A stretch of DNA of 64,000 nucleotides from Gemmatimonadota bacterium (GTDB taxonomy: Bacteria > Gemmatimonadota > Gemmatimonadetes > Gemmatimonadales > GWC2-71-9). The number at the start of each line of letters is the position of its first letter. Positions within the stretch are counted from its first letter, which is position 1. The position numbers were made by a program, and so were the translations under genes. The stretch spans positions 4,299 through 68,298 of the forward strand of contig QHUS01000046.1 of NCBI GenBank assembly GCA_003222035.1. Reading direction: 5' to 3'. Of the stretch, positions 55,302 through 64,000 are shown one piece after another. The notes under the pieces were generated by a model. It saw only the letters and a list, made by a program, of their open reading frames with translations. It was not told the origin of the DNA and did not search any database.

Positions 55302-57027
55302 CTCTCCTCCTCTTCGCGATCTTGTAGCGCGGGTAACGCTTGCGGAGCTCGTCGAACACGCGGCGCTTCTCCGCAATCAGGGATACCTGTCGCTCGGGGC
55401 TTTCGAACGGCAGCTGGTCGTCGAGCTGCTCCAGGTGCCGCTCGAGCCGCCGGGCTTCCATCCAGCTCACGGCCAGCTCGTACATTTCGTTCGGATCACG
55501 CCCGCCGAGCCCCTCCGCCTTGAGCAGCTCGTAGGCCCGCGCGGAGGTGTCGTCGAGCGCCAGGACCGCGTCGTCGGCGACGCTCTCGAACACGGCGCGG
55601 TACGGCGCGAACTCGACTTCCTCGGGGTCGACGGCGTCGGTCACGCGACTCTTCCAGGGTTCGCCCTCGAGCATCAGGAGCAGGAGGGCTTTCTCGGCGC
55701 TGGCGGGCAGGACGGGGGAGGACGGGGGAGGAGGGTGGAGGACGGTGGAGGGGCCACGCGCCCCGACTTCGCGCTCGAGAACGTCCTTCCGCACCCCGGC
55801 CGCCTCCGCTGCCCGGGAGATGTAGAGCTCCCGGGTAATGGGATCTTTCGCCGCCCGAATCGTCGGCAGGAGGCGATCGAGGGCTCGGCGCCGACCCGGT
55901 AGGGTACCGAAGAATCCTTTGCGGTCGAGGATCTGGATCTTCCGCTCCAGCACGTCGACCGCGTCCTCGAGGATCTGCTCGAGCGCCGCAGCTCCCCCCT
56001 TCTGCACGAGCGTGTCGGGGTCCTCGCCGCCGGGGAGCGTGGCCACGCTGACGCGCAACCCTTCGCGCAGCAGCTCGTCGCCCGCCCGGAAGGTGGCGCG
56101 CAGGCCGGCCTCGTCGGAGTCGTACAAGAGGATCACCTGCGGCGCGTGGCGTTTCACCAGCTGGGCCTGGTCCGGCGTGAGCCCGGTCCCGAGCGGCGCC
56201 CCCACCTCCTCGATACCGGCGAGCGACAGACGAAGCACGTCGAAATACCCCTCGACCAGGATGGCGCGCTCCGCCTTGCGCATCGCGTGCTTCGCGACGT
56301 GCAGGTTGTAGAGCAGTTGCCCTTTGTGGAAGATCGGGGTGTCCGGGGAGTTGAGATACTTGGGCTCTCCTTCGCCGAGAATGCGACCGCCGAACCCGAC
56401 CACGCGGCCCCGCAGGTCGTGAATTGGGAAGAGCAAACGACCGCGGGACCGGGGCGCGAGCGTGCCGTCCTCGCGTTTAGCCAACAGACCCGCCTCGAGG
56501 AGCACTTCGTCACGCACGCCCAAGACTTTCATCGCCTCGAGGAACGCCTTCCCCTTCGGGGCGTACCCGAGGCCCAGCGGCAGCACGGTGTCGAGATCGA
56601 GGCGGCGGGTCTTCAGGTAATCGCGAGCGATTTGGGCTTCGGGACTGTCGCGCAACTGGTGGGCGAACCAATCCGCCGCCGCGGCGACGGCGCTATAGAG
56701 CGGCTCGCGCGGATCGGGACCGGTGGGGCCGCGCTCGGGGATCGCGATTCCCACGCGACGCGCCACCTCGCGGACCGCGCTGGGATAGTCCATGCCGAGC
56801 TTCTTCATCAAGAACGTGAAGACGTCACCGCCGGCGTGACACACGAAGCAGTAGAACATCCCCTTCCGGGGGATGACCGCGAAGTTGCGATGCGCCCCGC
56901 CGTGAAACGGACACGCCGCCCGGTAATCGGATCCGGTGCGTTTCAACTCGACGTGCTCGCCGATGATCCCGACCAGGTCGGCCGCTTCGCGGACCTGCTC
57001 GATCACGTCGTCGGGAATCAGGCTCAC
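55285..57027 (-). CDS. dnaG: DNA primase
   Basis: Zinc finger CPFHGGAHRNFAV...CFVCHAGGD and TOPRIM (VEGYFD...DSDEAG). GTGA overlap with mutS2. Confidence 0.9.
   Translation of the reverse strand: MSLIPDDVIEQVREAADLVGIIGEHVELKRTGSDYRAACPFHGGAHRNFAVIPRKGMFYCFVCHAGGDVFTFLMKKLGMDYPSAVREVARRVGIAIPERGPTGPDPREPLYSAVAAAADWFAHQLRDSPEAQIARDYLKTRRLDLDTVLPLGLGYAPKGKAFLEAMKVLGVRDEVLLEAGLLAKREDGTLAPRSRGRLLFPIHDLRGRVVGFGGRILGEGEPKYLNSPDTPIFHKGQLLYNLHVAKHAMRKAERAILVEGYFDVLRLSLAGIEEVGAPLGTGLTPDQAQLVKRHAPQVILLYDSDEAGLRATFRAGDELLREGLRVSVATLPGGEDPDTLVQKGGAAALEQILEDAVDVLERKIQILDRKGFFGTLPGRRRALDRLLPTIRAAKDPITRELYISRAAEAAGVRKDVLEREVGARGPSTVLHPPPPSSPVLPASAEKALLLLMLEGEPWKSRVTDAVDPEEVEFAPYRAVFESVADDAVLALDDTSARAYELLKAEGLGGRDPNEMYELAVSWMEARRLERHLEQLDDQLPFESPERQVSLIAEKRRVFDELRKRYPRYKIAKRRRGAPGP
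55711..55750. repeat. 4x10-nt array GA(C/G)GG(G/T)GGAG inside dnaG (in frame)
   Basis: GACGGGGGAG GACGGGGGAG GAGGGTGGAG GACGGTGGAG. It encodes STVLHPPPPSSPVL in the linker before the C-terminal domain. Confidence 0.85.
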
Positions 57028-59300
57028 GCGCGGAACTCCACGATGGTGACGCCATGGCCGCCCTGATTCGGCGGCGCAAAGCCGAAGCGCGTGACCCGTG
57101 AGTCGGCGGCGAGCCGCTCGTGCACGAACTGACGCAGGGCCCCGGTGCCCTTACCGTGAATTACGCGGAGATACGGCAAATCGGCCGACACGGCATCGTC
57201 GAGGGCCTTGACGAGCAGCGGCTCGGCTTCGGCAACGCGGAGGCCGATGAGGGAGATCTCCGCAGCCGCGTCGACGGACGGTGTGCGAGCGGTGGAGGGC
57301 GGTCGAGGATGGTGGAGGGCGGTGGAGGGAGAGGCCTTACGTGCGCCCTTCAGCTCGTCCAGCGACATCCACCCTTCCCTGGCCGGATCCCCGGCCGTTT
57401 CCCCGGCCGTTTGTTCGATTGCTTTTTCTACGAGCCGCCGCGCTTCTTTCGCCGTCGCCTCGTCTACCGCGGCGCGCGCCCGGCCGAGCGCTTCTTCGAC
57501 CTTGCGGCGGGCTTCCAGGAGGTAGGCCCGCGCCTGCTCGCGCGCCTGGCGTTCGAGCCCCGACGCGCGCGCCTTCACCTCCTGTTCGCGTGCGGCTACC
57601 TCGGTGGCCCGAGTCTCGACCCGCTCGGCGTCGGCACGGAGCGCAGAGTCGCGGGCGGCGAGCTCTTGCTCACGGGCCTCGAGCTCCCGGGCGCGCGCCT
57701 CGACGGAGGCCAGGAGCGCGTCGAGCGTGCGCTCGGCGCGGGGCACGGCGCGCTCCGCGATCTCCAGGACCGGAGCGGCGACCCCGAGGCGGCGCGCGAT
57801 AGCCAGCCCGTAGGAGCGACCCGGTACGCCCTTGAGCAGGCGATAGGTGGGGGTCAACGTCTCGGCGTCGAACTGAAGCGACGCGTTCACGATCCCCACG
57901 GTGTCGGCGGCGAGCTGCTTCAAGGCACCCAGGTGAGTTGTCGCCAGCGTCACCGCGCGACGACGGGTGAGCGTCTGCAATACCGCCGTCGCCAGCGCGC
58001 CACCCTCGGCCGGGTCGGTGCCGCTGCCGATCTCGTCGAGCAGAATCAGCGATCCGGCACCCGCCCGCTCGAGAATGTCTCGCAGGACAGCCACGTGAGC
58101 GGAAAACGTCGACAGGCTCGCCGCGATCGACTGCCGATCGCCGATGTCCGCGAACACGTCGGTGAATACCGGAAGCACGGATTGCGGACCGATGGGCGGG
58201 ATGATGCCGCTCTGCGCCATGAGGACGAGCAGGCCCACGGCTTTGATCAGCACCGTCTTGCCACCAGTGTTTGGCCCGGAGACCAGCACGGTGAATTCGT
58301 CAGGTGCCAGGACGAGATCGAAGGGAACGGCATCGGGGACGAGCAGCGGGTGCCTGCCGCCGCGGATCTCCAGCGCACCCGGGCCGATCGACGGCGCGAA
58401 GCCGTTCACCTCCACCGCGTACCGCGCCCGAGCGCACAGGTCGTCAAACGCGATGCACATCTCCCACGCGGCGGCAATCGCCTCGCTCTCGGGGCGCAAC
58501 AGCTCGGTGAGGTCCCGCAGCACCTGCAGGACTTCGCGCTGCTGCGCAACCTCCGCCGCGCGCAGGGCGTTGCCGAGCTCGATCACTTCCGGCGGCTCGA
58601 CGAACACCGTGGCCCGCGTCGCCGACTCGTCGTGCACGATCCCGCCGATCCGGGCCCGCGCCGTGCTGCGCACGGGGATCACGTAGCGGCCTTCGCGCAC
58701 CGTGACGGCGGCATCGGGCGCACGCTCGGCGGGATCGAGGGCGGCGAGCATGGCTTCGAGCTTCTGGACCAGCCGAGCGCGTGCGTCACGAACGGAGCGG
58801 CGGGCGTGCGCAAGCCCGCGCGACGCACCATCCAGCACCTGACCGTCGCCGTCGAGCGAAGCGGCAAGCCGCTGCTCCAGTGCCTTCGGGGGAAGCTTCA
58901 CGCGGAGCGCCGCGGTCCGCGGCGCGTCGGTCTCGAGGCGCGCGAGCTCGGCAGCCACGACGCGCGCGGCCACCAGCGTGCGGCCTACGCCTGCCAGCGC
59001 CGCTCCCTCGAGTGCGCTCCCCGGCACGCCCAGCAGCTCGACCACAGCCGCGATGTCGGGGACGGGCTCGGCGCGGATGCCGTCGTCGGTGAGCAGCAGG
59101 GCGGCGAGCTCCGCCACCTGCGCGAGGGCGTCGCGGACGGTGCCGGGATCGGTGGAGGGGACGCGGTGGGTCACGCGCGCGGCGCCAAGCGGTCCCACGG
59201 CATGCGCCGCCACTCGCTCCAGCGCGGCCGGGAACTCGAGCGTCTCCAGGACTCCAGGGGTCCGTGGGCTGGCGCCCGGCGTCGGTGCCCCACCGGTCAT
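57024..59300 (-). CDS. mutS2: endonuclease MutS2 (with an Smr domain)
   Basis: Walker A SGPNTGGKT, DEIGSGTDP, and the C-terminal Smr motif LRVIHGKGTGALR. Confidence 0.9.
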   Translation of the reverse strand: MTGGAPTPGASPRTPGVLETLEFPAALERVAAHAVGPLGAARVTHRVPSTDPGTVRDALAQVAELAALLLTDDGIRAEPVPDIAAVVELLGVPGSALEGAALAGVGRTLVAARVVAAELARLETDAPRTAALRVKLPPKALEQRLAASLDGDGQVLDGASRGLAHARRSVRDARARLVQKLEAMLAALDPAERAPDAAVTVREGRYVIPVRSTARARIGGIVHDESATRATVFVEPPEVIELGNALRAAEVAQQREVLQVLRDLTELLRPESEAIAAAWEMCIAFDDLCARARYAVEVNGFAPSIGPGALEIRGGRHPLLVPDAVPFDLVLAPDEFTVLVSGPNTGGKTVLIKAVGLLVLMAQSGIIPPIGPQSVLPVFTDVFADIGDRQSIAASLSTFSAHVAVLRDILERAGAGSLILLDEIGSGTDPAEGGALATAVLQTLTRRRAVTLATTHLGALKQLAADTVGIVNASLQFDAETLTPTYRLLKGVPGRSYGLAIARRLGVAAPVLEIAERAVPRAERTLDALLASVEARARELEAREQELAARDSALRADAERVETRATEVAAREQEVKARASGLERQAREQARAYLLEARRKVEEALGRARAAVDEATAKEARRLVEKAIEQTAGETAGDPAREGWMSLDELKGARKASPSTALHHPRPPSTARTPSVDAAAEISLIGLRVAEAEPLLVKALDDAVSADLPYLRVIHGKGTGALRQFVHERLAADSRVTRFGFAPPNQGGHGVTIVEFRA
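57291..57330. repeat. 4x10-nt array GGTGGAGGNN inside mutS2 (in frame)
   Basis: GGTGGAGGGC GGTCGAGGAT GGTGGAGGGC GGTGGAGGGA. It encodes PSTALHHPRPPST in the linker before the Smr domain. A perfect 12-nt tandem duplication (TCCCCGGCCGTT x2) lies at 57388-57411. Confidence 0.85.
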
Positions 59301-59740
59301 ACGGTCGTCGCCAGCTCCTCGCGAGCGATCTGGTTCACAACCTTTCCGTCGGCGCGACCCTTGAATTGCGGCATCACCTGCCCCATGACCTTGCCCACGT
59401 CCTTGGCTCCCCCGGCGATGGCGGCGCGCACGGCGCGACGGATCTCTTCCGGGTCGATCGCCGCGGGGAGAAACTCTTCCAGTGCCTTCACCTCGGCCAG
59501 TTCCACGGCGGCCCGATCGGCACGGCCCCCGGCGTTGAACTGTTCGGCCGCCTCCCGGCGCCGCCTCATCCCCCGGCGCAGGACCTCGGCCGCCTCCTCG
59601 TCGGAGGGGGAGTGCTGGAGCTCGAATTCGCGGTTCTTGAGGTCTGCGAGGATGGTGGAGAGGAGTAGCGTGCGCGCCTGATCGCGGTCTTTGCGAGCTT
59701 GGTTCATCGCGGCGCGGAGCCGCTCGGTCAAGCTCGCCAT
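59297..59740 (-). CDS. GatB/YqeY domain protein
   Basis: ORF trimmed to ATG 59738-59740: MASLTERLRAAMNQARKDRDQARTLLLSTILADLKN...GKVMGQVMPQFKGRADGKVVNQI. Confidence 0.8.
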   Translation of the reverse strand: MASLTERLRAAMNQARKDRDQARTLLLSTILADLKNREFELQHSPSDEEAAEVLRRGMRRRREAAEQFNAGGRADRAAVELAEVKALEEFLPAAIDPEEIRRAVRAAIAGGAKDVGKVMGQVMPQFKGRADGKVVNQIAREELATTV

Positions 59741-59873
59741 GTCAAACCGCGCGCATGCGCTGGCTCTTGCCGCGCGCTGCACGCCTGTTGTGCTTTTTGG
59801 GCATACCCTCTCAGGTAACTATGATGGACAGAAAAACTTAGTCGCACGGATTCCGACAGGCAACCGGCGCGCG

Positions 59874-60215
59874 TCATCCGGGCGGCCACGTCATCGGCCG
59901 GCCGCCGAGCACGTGCAGGTGCAAGTGGAACACGGTTTGGCCGCCGTCGGGATTCGTGTTCACGACGACCCGAAACCCCTTTTGGGCGAGTCCCAGTTCC
60001 CGCGCCAAGTCGCGCGCGAAGCCAAGCAGCTTGCCGAGGAGGGCGGCGTCCTTCGCGTCGTTGAGGGTCGCGACGTGGTGGGTTGGGATCACCAGCACGT
60101 GCGTCGGCGCCTGCGGGTTCGCGTCCTGGAACGCCAGCATGCCGTCGCCACGCTTGACGACCGTCGCCGCGATGTCGCCCGCGGCGATTTTGCAAAAGAC
60201 GCACCCTCCCGGCAT
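59874..60215 (-). CDS. HIT-family (histidine triad) protein
   Basis: CVFCKI N-terminus and the HLHLHVLGG triad. Confidence 0.85.
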   Translation of the reverse strand: MPGGCVFCKIAAGDIAATVVKRGDGMLAFQDANPQAPTHVLVIPTHHVATLNDAKDAALLGKLLGFARDLARELGLAQKGFRVVVNTNPDGGQTVFHLHLHVLGGRPMTWPPG

Positions 60216-60263
60216 GGTCCCCTCCCGTGGCGCCCCGCGCTGATGGACGGGGCTCGGGGTCAG

Positions 60264-61415
60264 CTAGCGTCCGAATGCTTGGCGCAGCTGCTCCCAGAAT
60301 TTCTTGCCCGCGTGTCCTTCCGAAGGCGGTGCGCTCTCGATCTTGGCGAGTTGCTCGAGCACGGCGCGTTGCTCCGGTGTCAGCTTGAGCGGGGTCCACA
60401 CGTGGACGCGAACGTGCAGGTCGCCGCGCCCCGCCTCACCCACCCGCGGCAGGCCCTTCCCGCGCAGCCGGTAGACGGTGCCGGTTTGCGTACCCGGTTG
60501 GATCTCGAGCGCGGAGTCACCGTACGGGGTCGGGACCTCGACCTCGGCGCCGAGGGCCGCCTGCGTGAACGAGATCGGCAGGTCGTACACCAGGTCGTCG
60601 CCCTGACGCTCGAAGCGGGGATCTTCGGCGATGTCGAGCACGGCGATCAGGTCGCCCGCCGGACCGTTGCGCGCGCCCGGGGCCCCATGCCCGCGCATCG
60701 TGAGGTAATGATGGTCGGCGACGCCGGCGGGGACGTTGATCTCCAGCTCCTTTTCGACGCGGACGCGGCCATCGCCTTGACACTTCGGGCACGGCTCGGG
60801 GATCACGGTACCTTCGCCGTCGCACCTCGGGCACGGCGAGACCGACACGAACTGTCCGAACATCGAGCGCGCCGCCCGGCGCACTTCGCCCGTGCCAGCG
60901 CACGTGGCGCATCGGGTGGCGGCACTCCCCGGGGCCGCCCCGTTGCCGCCGCACGCCGCGCAACGTTCCAGGGTCCGGACTTTGAGTTTCTTGGTCGTGC
61001 CAGTGGCGACTTCGGCGAGACTGAGCTTCAGCGTGACCTTCAGGTCCTGCCCGCGGCGACGCTCGCCGCGCGCCCGCTCGCCGCCGCCGAAGAACGCGTC
61101 GAACCCGCCGAGTCCGCCCAAGTCCCGCATGAAGATGTTGAGCGCTTCCGACAGGTCGAAGTGGGCGAACCCGCCGCTCGCACCACGACGCAGTCCCGCC
61201 GCGCCGTAGCGATCGTACGTGGCGCGCTGCTCGGGATCGCGCAACACTTCGTACGCTTCGGTGATCTCTTTGAACTTCTCCTCCGCGGCCACCTTGTCGC
61301 CGGCGGCGACGCGATCGGGATGGCACTGCATCGCGAGCCGACGGTAGGCCTTCTTGATCTCGGCCTCGTCCGCATCGCGTTGCACCCCGAGGATGGAGTA
61401 GTAGTCGCGCGTCAC
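60264..61415 (-). CDS. dnaJ: molecular chaperone DnaJ
   Basis: J domain (DYYSILGV...HPDR), G/F region, and four CxxCxGxG zinc motifs. Confidence 0.95.
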   Translation of the reverse strand: MTRDYYSILGVQRDADEAEIKKAYRRLAMQCHPDRVAAGDKVAAEEKFKEITEAYEVLRDPEQRATYDRYGAAGLRRGASGGFAHFDLSEALNIFMRDLGGLGGFDAFFGGGERARGERRRGQDLKVTLKLSLAEVATGTTKKLKVRTLERCAACGGNGAAPGSAATRCATCAGTGEVRRAARSMFGQFVSVSPCPRCDGEGTVIPEPCPKCQGDGRVRVEKELEINVPAGVADHHYLTMRGHGAPGARNGPAGDLIAVLDIAEDPRFERQGDDLVYDLPISFTQAALGAEVEVPTPYGDSALEIQPGTQTGTVYRLRGKGLPRVGEAGRGDLHVRVHVWTPLKLTPEQRAVLEQLAKIESAPPSEGHAGKKFWEQLRQAFGR

Positions 61416-62497
61416 TCGAGCAGCTCACCCACGAGACGACTGGTGTGGTCGACGAGCGCGACGATCTTGTCGTACGGCATTCTAGTGGGACCCATGACCC
61501 CGATCACACCCGCGAGCGGCCCGAGACGGTACGACGCGGTCACCAGCGTGAAAGGCGCGAGCGTCGCAGCTTCGTGCTCGCTGCCGATCGTGATGGTGAG
61601 CCCCTGGCCAAGGCGCCTCGCCAACGCCTCGCGCAGTATCTCGCGGCGCTCCGTGACCTCCATGAGCCCCTGCAGCCGCTCCTTGGTAGCGAATTCCGGC
61701 TGCCCGGCGAGGAGCTGCGCGCTGCCCAGCAGGACCCCGCCGGGGGCGACGCCCGTCGCGGGAACGTCGAACAGGTCGTCCGCTTCCTGAATGAAGATGT
61801 TCAGGAGCTCGCTCGAATCCGGGTCGGGGGCGGCATCGCGAAGCCGCTCGGAGAGCGTGGCCCGGATCTCCCGCAGGCGCAGGCCAGCCAGCCGCTCGTT
61901 CAGGACGAGGGCGACCTGCCCCAGGACCTCGGGCGCCATTACGGCGGGGACCTCGACGAAAATCGTGCGCACGGCGCCGCTCTTGAGGGTCAGCACCAGC
62001 AGCAGCCGATCGGAGCCCGCCTGCAACAGGTCGAGGCCCTCGAGCACCGCTTCGTCGAGCGTGGGGACCACTGCGACGCCCAGCTCCTTCGTGAGCACAC
62101 CGAGCACTTGCGCGGCCCGCTGGAGGATCTGATCCACCGCGCTCCGGTCGGAGAGCTCTTCACGGATCTGATGCGAGTCGGATGCCGACACCTGCGCCAG
62201 GCGCATGAGCGAGTTCACATATACGCGGTAGGCGAGATCCGTGGGGATGCGACCTGCGGAGGTGTGAGGGTGATACAGGTACCCTTTCTCCTCGAGAGCG
62301 CTCATCGTGTTGCGGATTGTGGCGGGGGACAGTGCCAGGCCGAACCGTCTGGCAATAGTTCGGCTGCCCGCCGGTTCGGCGGTTTCGACGTAGGTCTCGA
62401 TCACCGCTTCGAGGACCTGACGCTCGCGCTCGTTTAGGGAGGCCACTATCACGCTCAAGCTCTTACCTGCAAACAATTTAGCTCGCTCTCCCGGCAC
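61412..62497 (-). CDS. hrcA: heat-inducible transcription repressor HrcA
   Basis: LNERERQVLEAVIETYVETAEPAGSRTIAR winged helix. The start could be GTG 62495-62497 or a downstream TTG/GTG. Overlaps the hemW stop. Confidence 0.85.
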   Translation of the reverse strand: MPGERAKLFAGKSLSVIVASLNERERQVLEAVIETYVETAEPAGSRTIARRFGLALSPATIRNTMSALEEKGYLYHPHTSAGRIPTDLAYRVYVNSLMRLAQVSASDSHQIREELSDRSAVDQILQRAAQVLGVLTKELGVAVVPTLDEAVLEGLDLLQAGSDRLLLVLTLKSGAVRTIFVEVPAVMAPEVLGQVALVLNERLAGLRLREIRATLSERLRDAAPDPDSSELLNIFIQEADDLFDVPATGVAPGGVLLGSAQLLAGQPEFATKERLQGLMEVTERREILREALARRLGQGLTITIGSEHEAATLAPFTLVTASYRLGPLAGVIGVMGPTRMPYDKIVALVDHTSRLVGELLE

Positions 62498-63641
62498 CGG
62501 TCAAGTCGCGGACCAGGGCGTCGAGGCGGAGCCAGCCTTCGGGCCTGCATACCAAGCGCTCATCCCTAATCTCCACCCAGCCCCGTTCCACCCACTGGTC
62601 GATAAAGGTCGGTAGAGGACGGTAGAGGTCCGTAAGGGGCAACCCCGCATCAGTGCGCAACGAGAGATAGAGGCGTTCCAGTTCCCGCTGCTCGTCGGTG
62701 AGCACTTCCTCGGCCGCGACGGCCGATCGGCCCGCAACGATGGTGCGTCGATACGCCTCCCACTCCCGCACGTTCCAGCGACGTGCGCGGCCGTCGAACG
62801 AATGCGCAGCGGGGCCGAGGCCCAGATAGGGCCGCCCGGACCAGTAGGCGGAGTTGTGTCGCGAGCGGCGGCCGTCGCGCGCGGCGTTCGAGACCTCATA
62901 GAACTGATAGCCGCTGGCCGTGAGCCGCTCGTGCGCCAGAAGATACTCGTCGGCGTATCGCTCGTCGTCGGGCATGGAGGCCGCCCCGCGCGAGATCCAA
63001 CGGGCGAGGGGGGTGCGTTCCTCGACCGCGAGGCCATACAGCGAGAGGTGATCGGGGTGCAGCGCGCACGCGAGATCGAGATCCCGCGCCCACTCCCGCC
63101 CCAGCTCGGCGGGCAACGCGAAGATCAAGTCCAGCGACACATTGCTGATTCCCGCGACGCGGAGCGACCGCACGGCCGTGCTGATCCGCGCCGCATCGTG
63201 CGAGCGATGCATCCATTTCAACACTCCATCGTCGAAGGACTGCGCTCCCAGTGACACGCGATTGATGCCGGCGCGCCGCCAAAGTTCCGCGGACTCGGGC
63301 GTTACGTCTTCGGGATTGGCTTCGAGCGTAACTTCAACGGCGTCACGCGGGGACGGAGGACTAGAAGACGTCGCGCGAAAGGCGTCGCGCAGAGACGTGA
63401 GCAAGGCCGAGATCGCGTCGGGCGGGAGGAGCGAAGGCGTGCCTCCGCCGAAGTAGATTGTCTCCAACCCTTGGCCGAAAACCCCGGGCTTGCGTCCGGG
63501 GTCAGCGGCCGCGACCAGCCGCAACTCCTCCAGCACGGCCTGCACATACTCGCGGGCCGGGATCCGCTTGCGGACCGCGATGGAGAAGTCGCAGTAGGAG
63601 CAGCGCCGGTGGCAGAAGGGGATGTGGAGATAAATATGCAT
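62478..63641 (-). CDS. hemW: radical SAM heme chaperone HemW (HemN-like, oxygen-independent coproporphyrinogen oxidase family)
   Basis: YLHIPFCHRRCSYCDF (CxxxCxxC) and YFGGGTPS motifs. Confidence 0.85.
   Translation of the reverse strand: MHIYLHIPFCHRRCSYCDFSIAVRKRIPAREYVQAVLEELRLVAAADPGRKPGVFGQGLETIYFGGGTPSLLPPDAISALLTSLRDAFRATSSSPPSPRDAVEVTLEANPEDVTPESAELWRRAGINRVSLGAQSFDDGVLKWMHRSHDAARISTAVRSLRVAGISNVSLDLIFALPAELGREWARDLDLACALHPDHLSLYGLAVEERTPLARWISRGAASMPDDERYADEYLLAHERLTASGYQFYEVSNAARDGRRSRHNSAYWSGRPYLGLGPAAHSFDGRARRWNVREWEAYRRTIVAGRSAVAAEEVLTDEQRELERLYLSLRTDAGLPLTDLYRPLPTFIDQWVERGWVEIRDERLVCRPEGWLRLDALVRDLTGAGRAS
62601..62640. repeat. 4x10-nt array GGTAGAGGNN-like inside hemW (in frame)
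   Basis: GATAAAGGTC GGTAGAGGAC GGTAGAGGTC CGTAAGGGGC. It encodes LTDLYRPLPTFI. Confidence 0.7.
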
Positions 63642-63661
63642 CGGGTGAAGCTAATGAACGA

Positions 63662-63696
63662 TTTCCGCAATCCCCAATTCGCACTCCGCACTTCAG
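63662..63696. repeat. single 5x7-nt array (NNTCCGC-like) abutting the dprA stop codon
   Basis: TTTCCGC AATCCCC AATTCGC ACTCCGC ACTTCAG. The last unit contains the dprA TGA (63693-63695). I found no inverted partner. Confidence 0.7.
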
Positions 63697-64000
63697 GCGA
63701 GCCCAAACACCATCCCCGGCCGCTGCTGCACCACTCCCCGCATTTCCAGTTCTGTCAGCGCCGCCAGCACGGCACTCGCGTCCTGCGCGGCGGCGGCTAC
63801 GAGCACGTCGACGTGCTTCGGCTCCGCCAGTAGCGTGTCCCACAGGCGTCGCTGCAGCTCGCTCAGGTCGGGAGGCCGAGCGCGCGGCGGAGTCCCCAGA
63901 CGACCCGCAGGCTCGGCGTCAACGGTACGCGGTAACCCCAGCTCCTCGAGAATGTCACCCGGCCCGAGCACCGGTTTCGCGCCCTGCTGGATGAGCTTGT
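63693..64000 (-). CDS. dprA: DNA-processing protein DprA, C-terminal fragment; the gene runs off the window end
   Basis: The frame stays open to the window edge: ..KLIQQGAKPVLGPGDILEEL... plus a C-terminal winged-helix-like segment LAALTELEMRGVVQQ. Confidence 0.7.
   Translation of the reverse strand, partial: KLIQQGAKPVLGPGDILEELGLPRTVDAEPAGRLGTPPRARPPDLSELQRRLWDTLLAEPKHVDVLVAAAAQDASAVLAALTELEMRGVVQQRPGMVFGLA

Noticed and set aside
62440-63700. A CIRCE element (TTAGCACTC-N9-GAGTGCTAA) near hrcA/dnaJ/hemW. A half-match (AGAGCACTC) also occurs at 44102-44110.
   Set aside because: No inverted second half-site is present at either place. The operon probably starts upstream of the window, or the CIRCE element sits at other heat-shock genes.

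Overview
This is a GC-rich window, roughly two-thirds G+C by eye. It is a conserved housekeeping segment of a bacterial chromosome. I support about 62 protein genes and one tRNA-Leu(UAA). From the kinase and TonB sequence motifs and the gene order, my impression (inference only) is a Gemmatimonadota- or Acidobacteriota-like organism.

Almost all genes lie on the minus strand, in long co-directional strings joined by ATGA/GTGA start-stop overlaps:
- rseP-dxr-cdsA-uppS-frr-pyrH-tsf-rpsB-rpsI-rplM
- a split acyl-CoA carboxylase
- rpsA-cmk-aroA-tyrA
- recN-nadK-dxs-ispA-xseBA-folD-rny-zapA-pheST-rplT-rpmI-infC
- arcA-rex-ksgA
- a GAF-PP2C/RsbW/STAS partner-switching module
- pta-coaD-rsmD-recJ-dnaG-mutS2-dnaJ-hrcA-hemW-dprA

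The only plus-strand genes are a TonB-family gene and a FadL-like / SGNH lipoprotein / beta-barrel cluster. I saw no rRNA, CRISPR array, transposase, integrase or prophage genes.

The main signal that gene annotation does not explain is a population of at least 16 short periodic oligomer arrays. Their units are 7, 8 or 10 nt long, usually in about 4 head-to-tail copies.
- In gene junctions, most of them form inverted pairs that start at or next to the upstream stop codon and make long hairpins. Two of these copies are clearly homologous.
- Inside conserved genes (ksgA, dnaG, mutS2, recN, hemW, pheT, rlmD-like, accC, an MBL-fold gene, dxr) they stay in frame.

Other points worth a second look:
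- a perfect Rex operator lying across the rex start codon
- an attenuator-like leader and a non-AUG start for infC
- a consensus sigma70-type promoter for rplM-rpsI

Many long ORFs in the track are antisense shadow ORFs or N-terminal read-through typical of high-GC DNA, and I rejected them.
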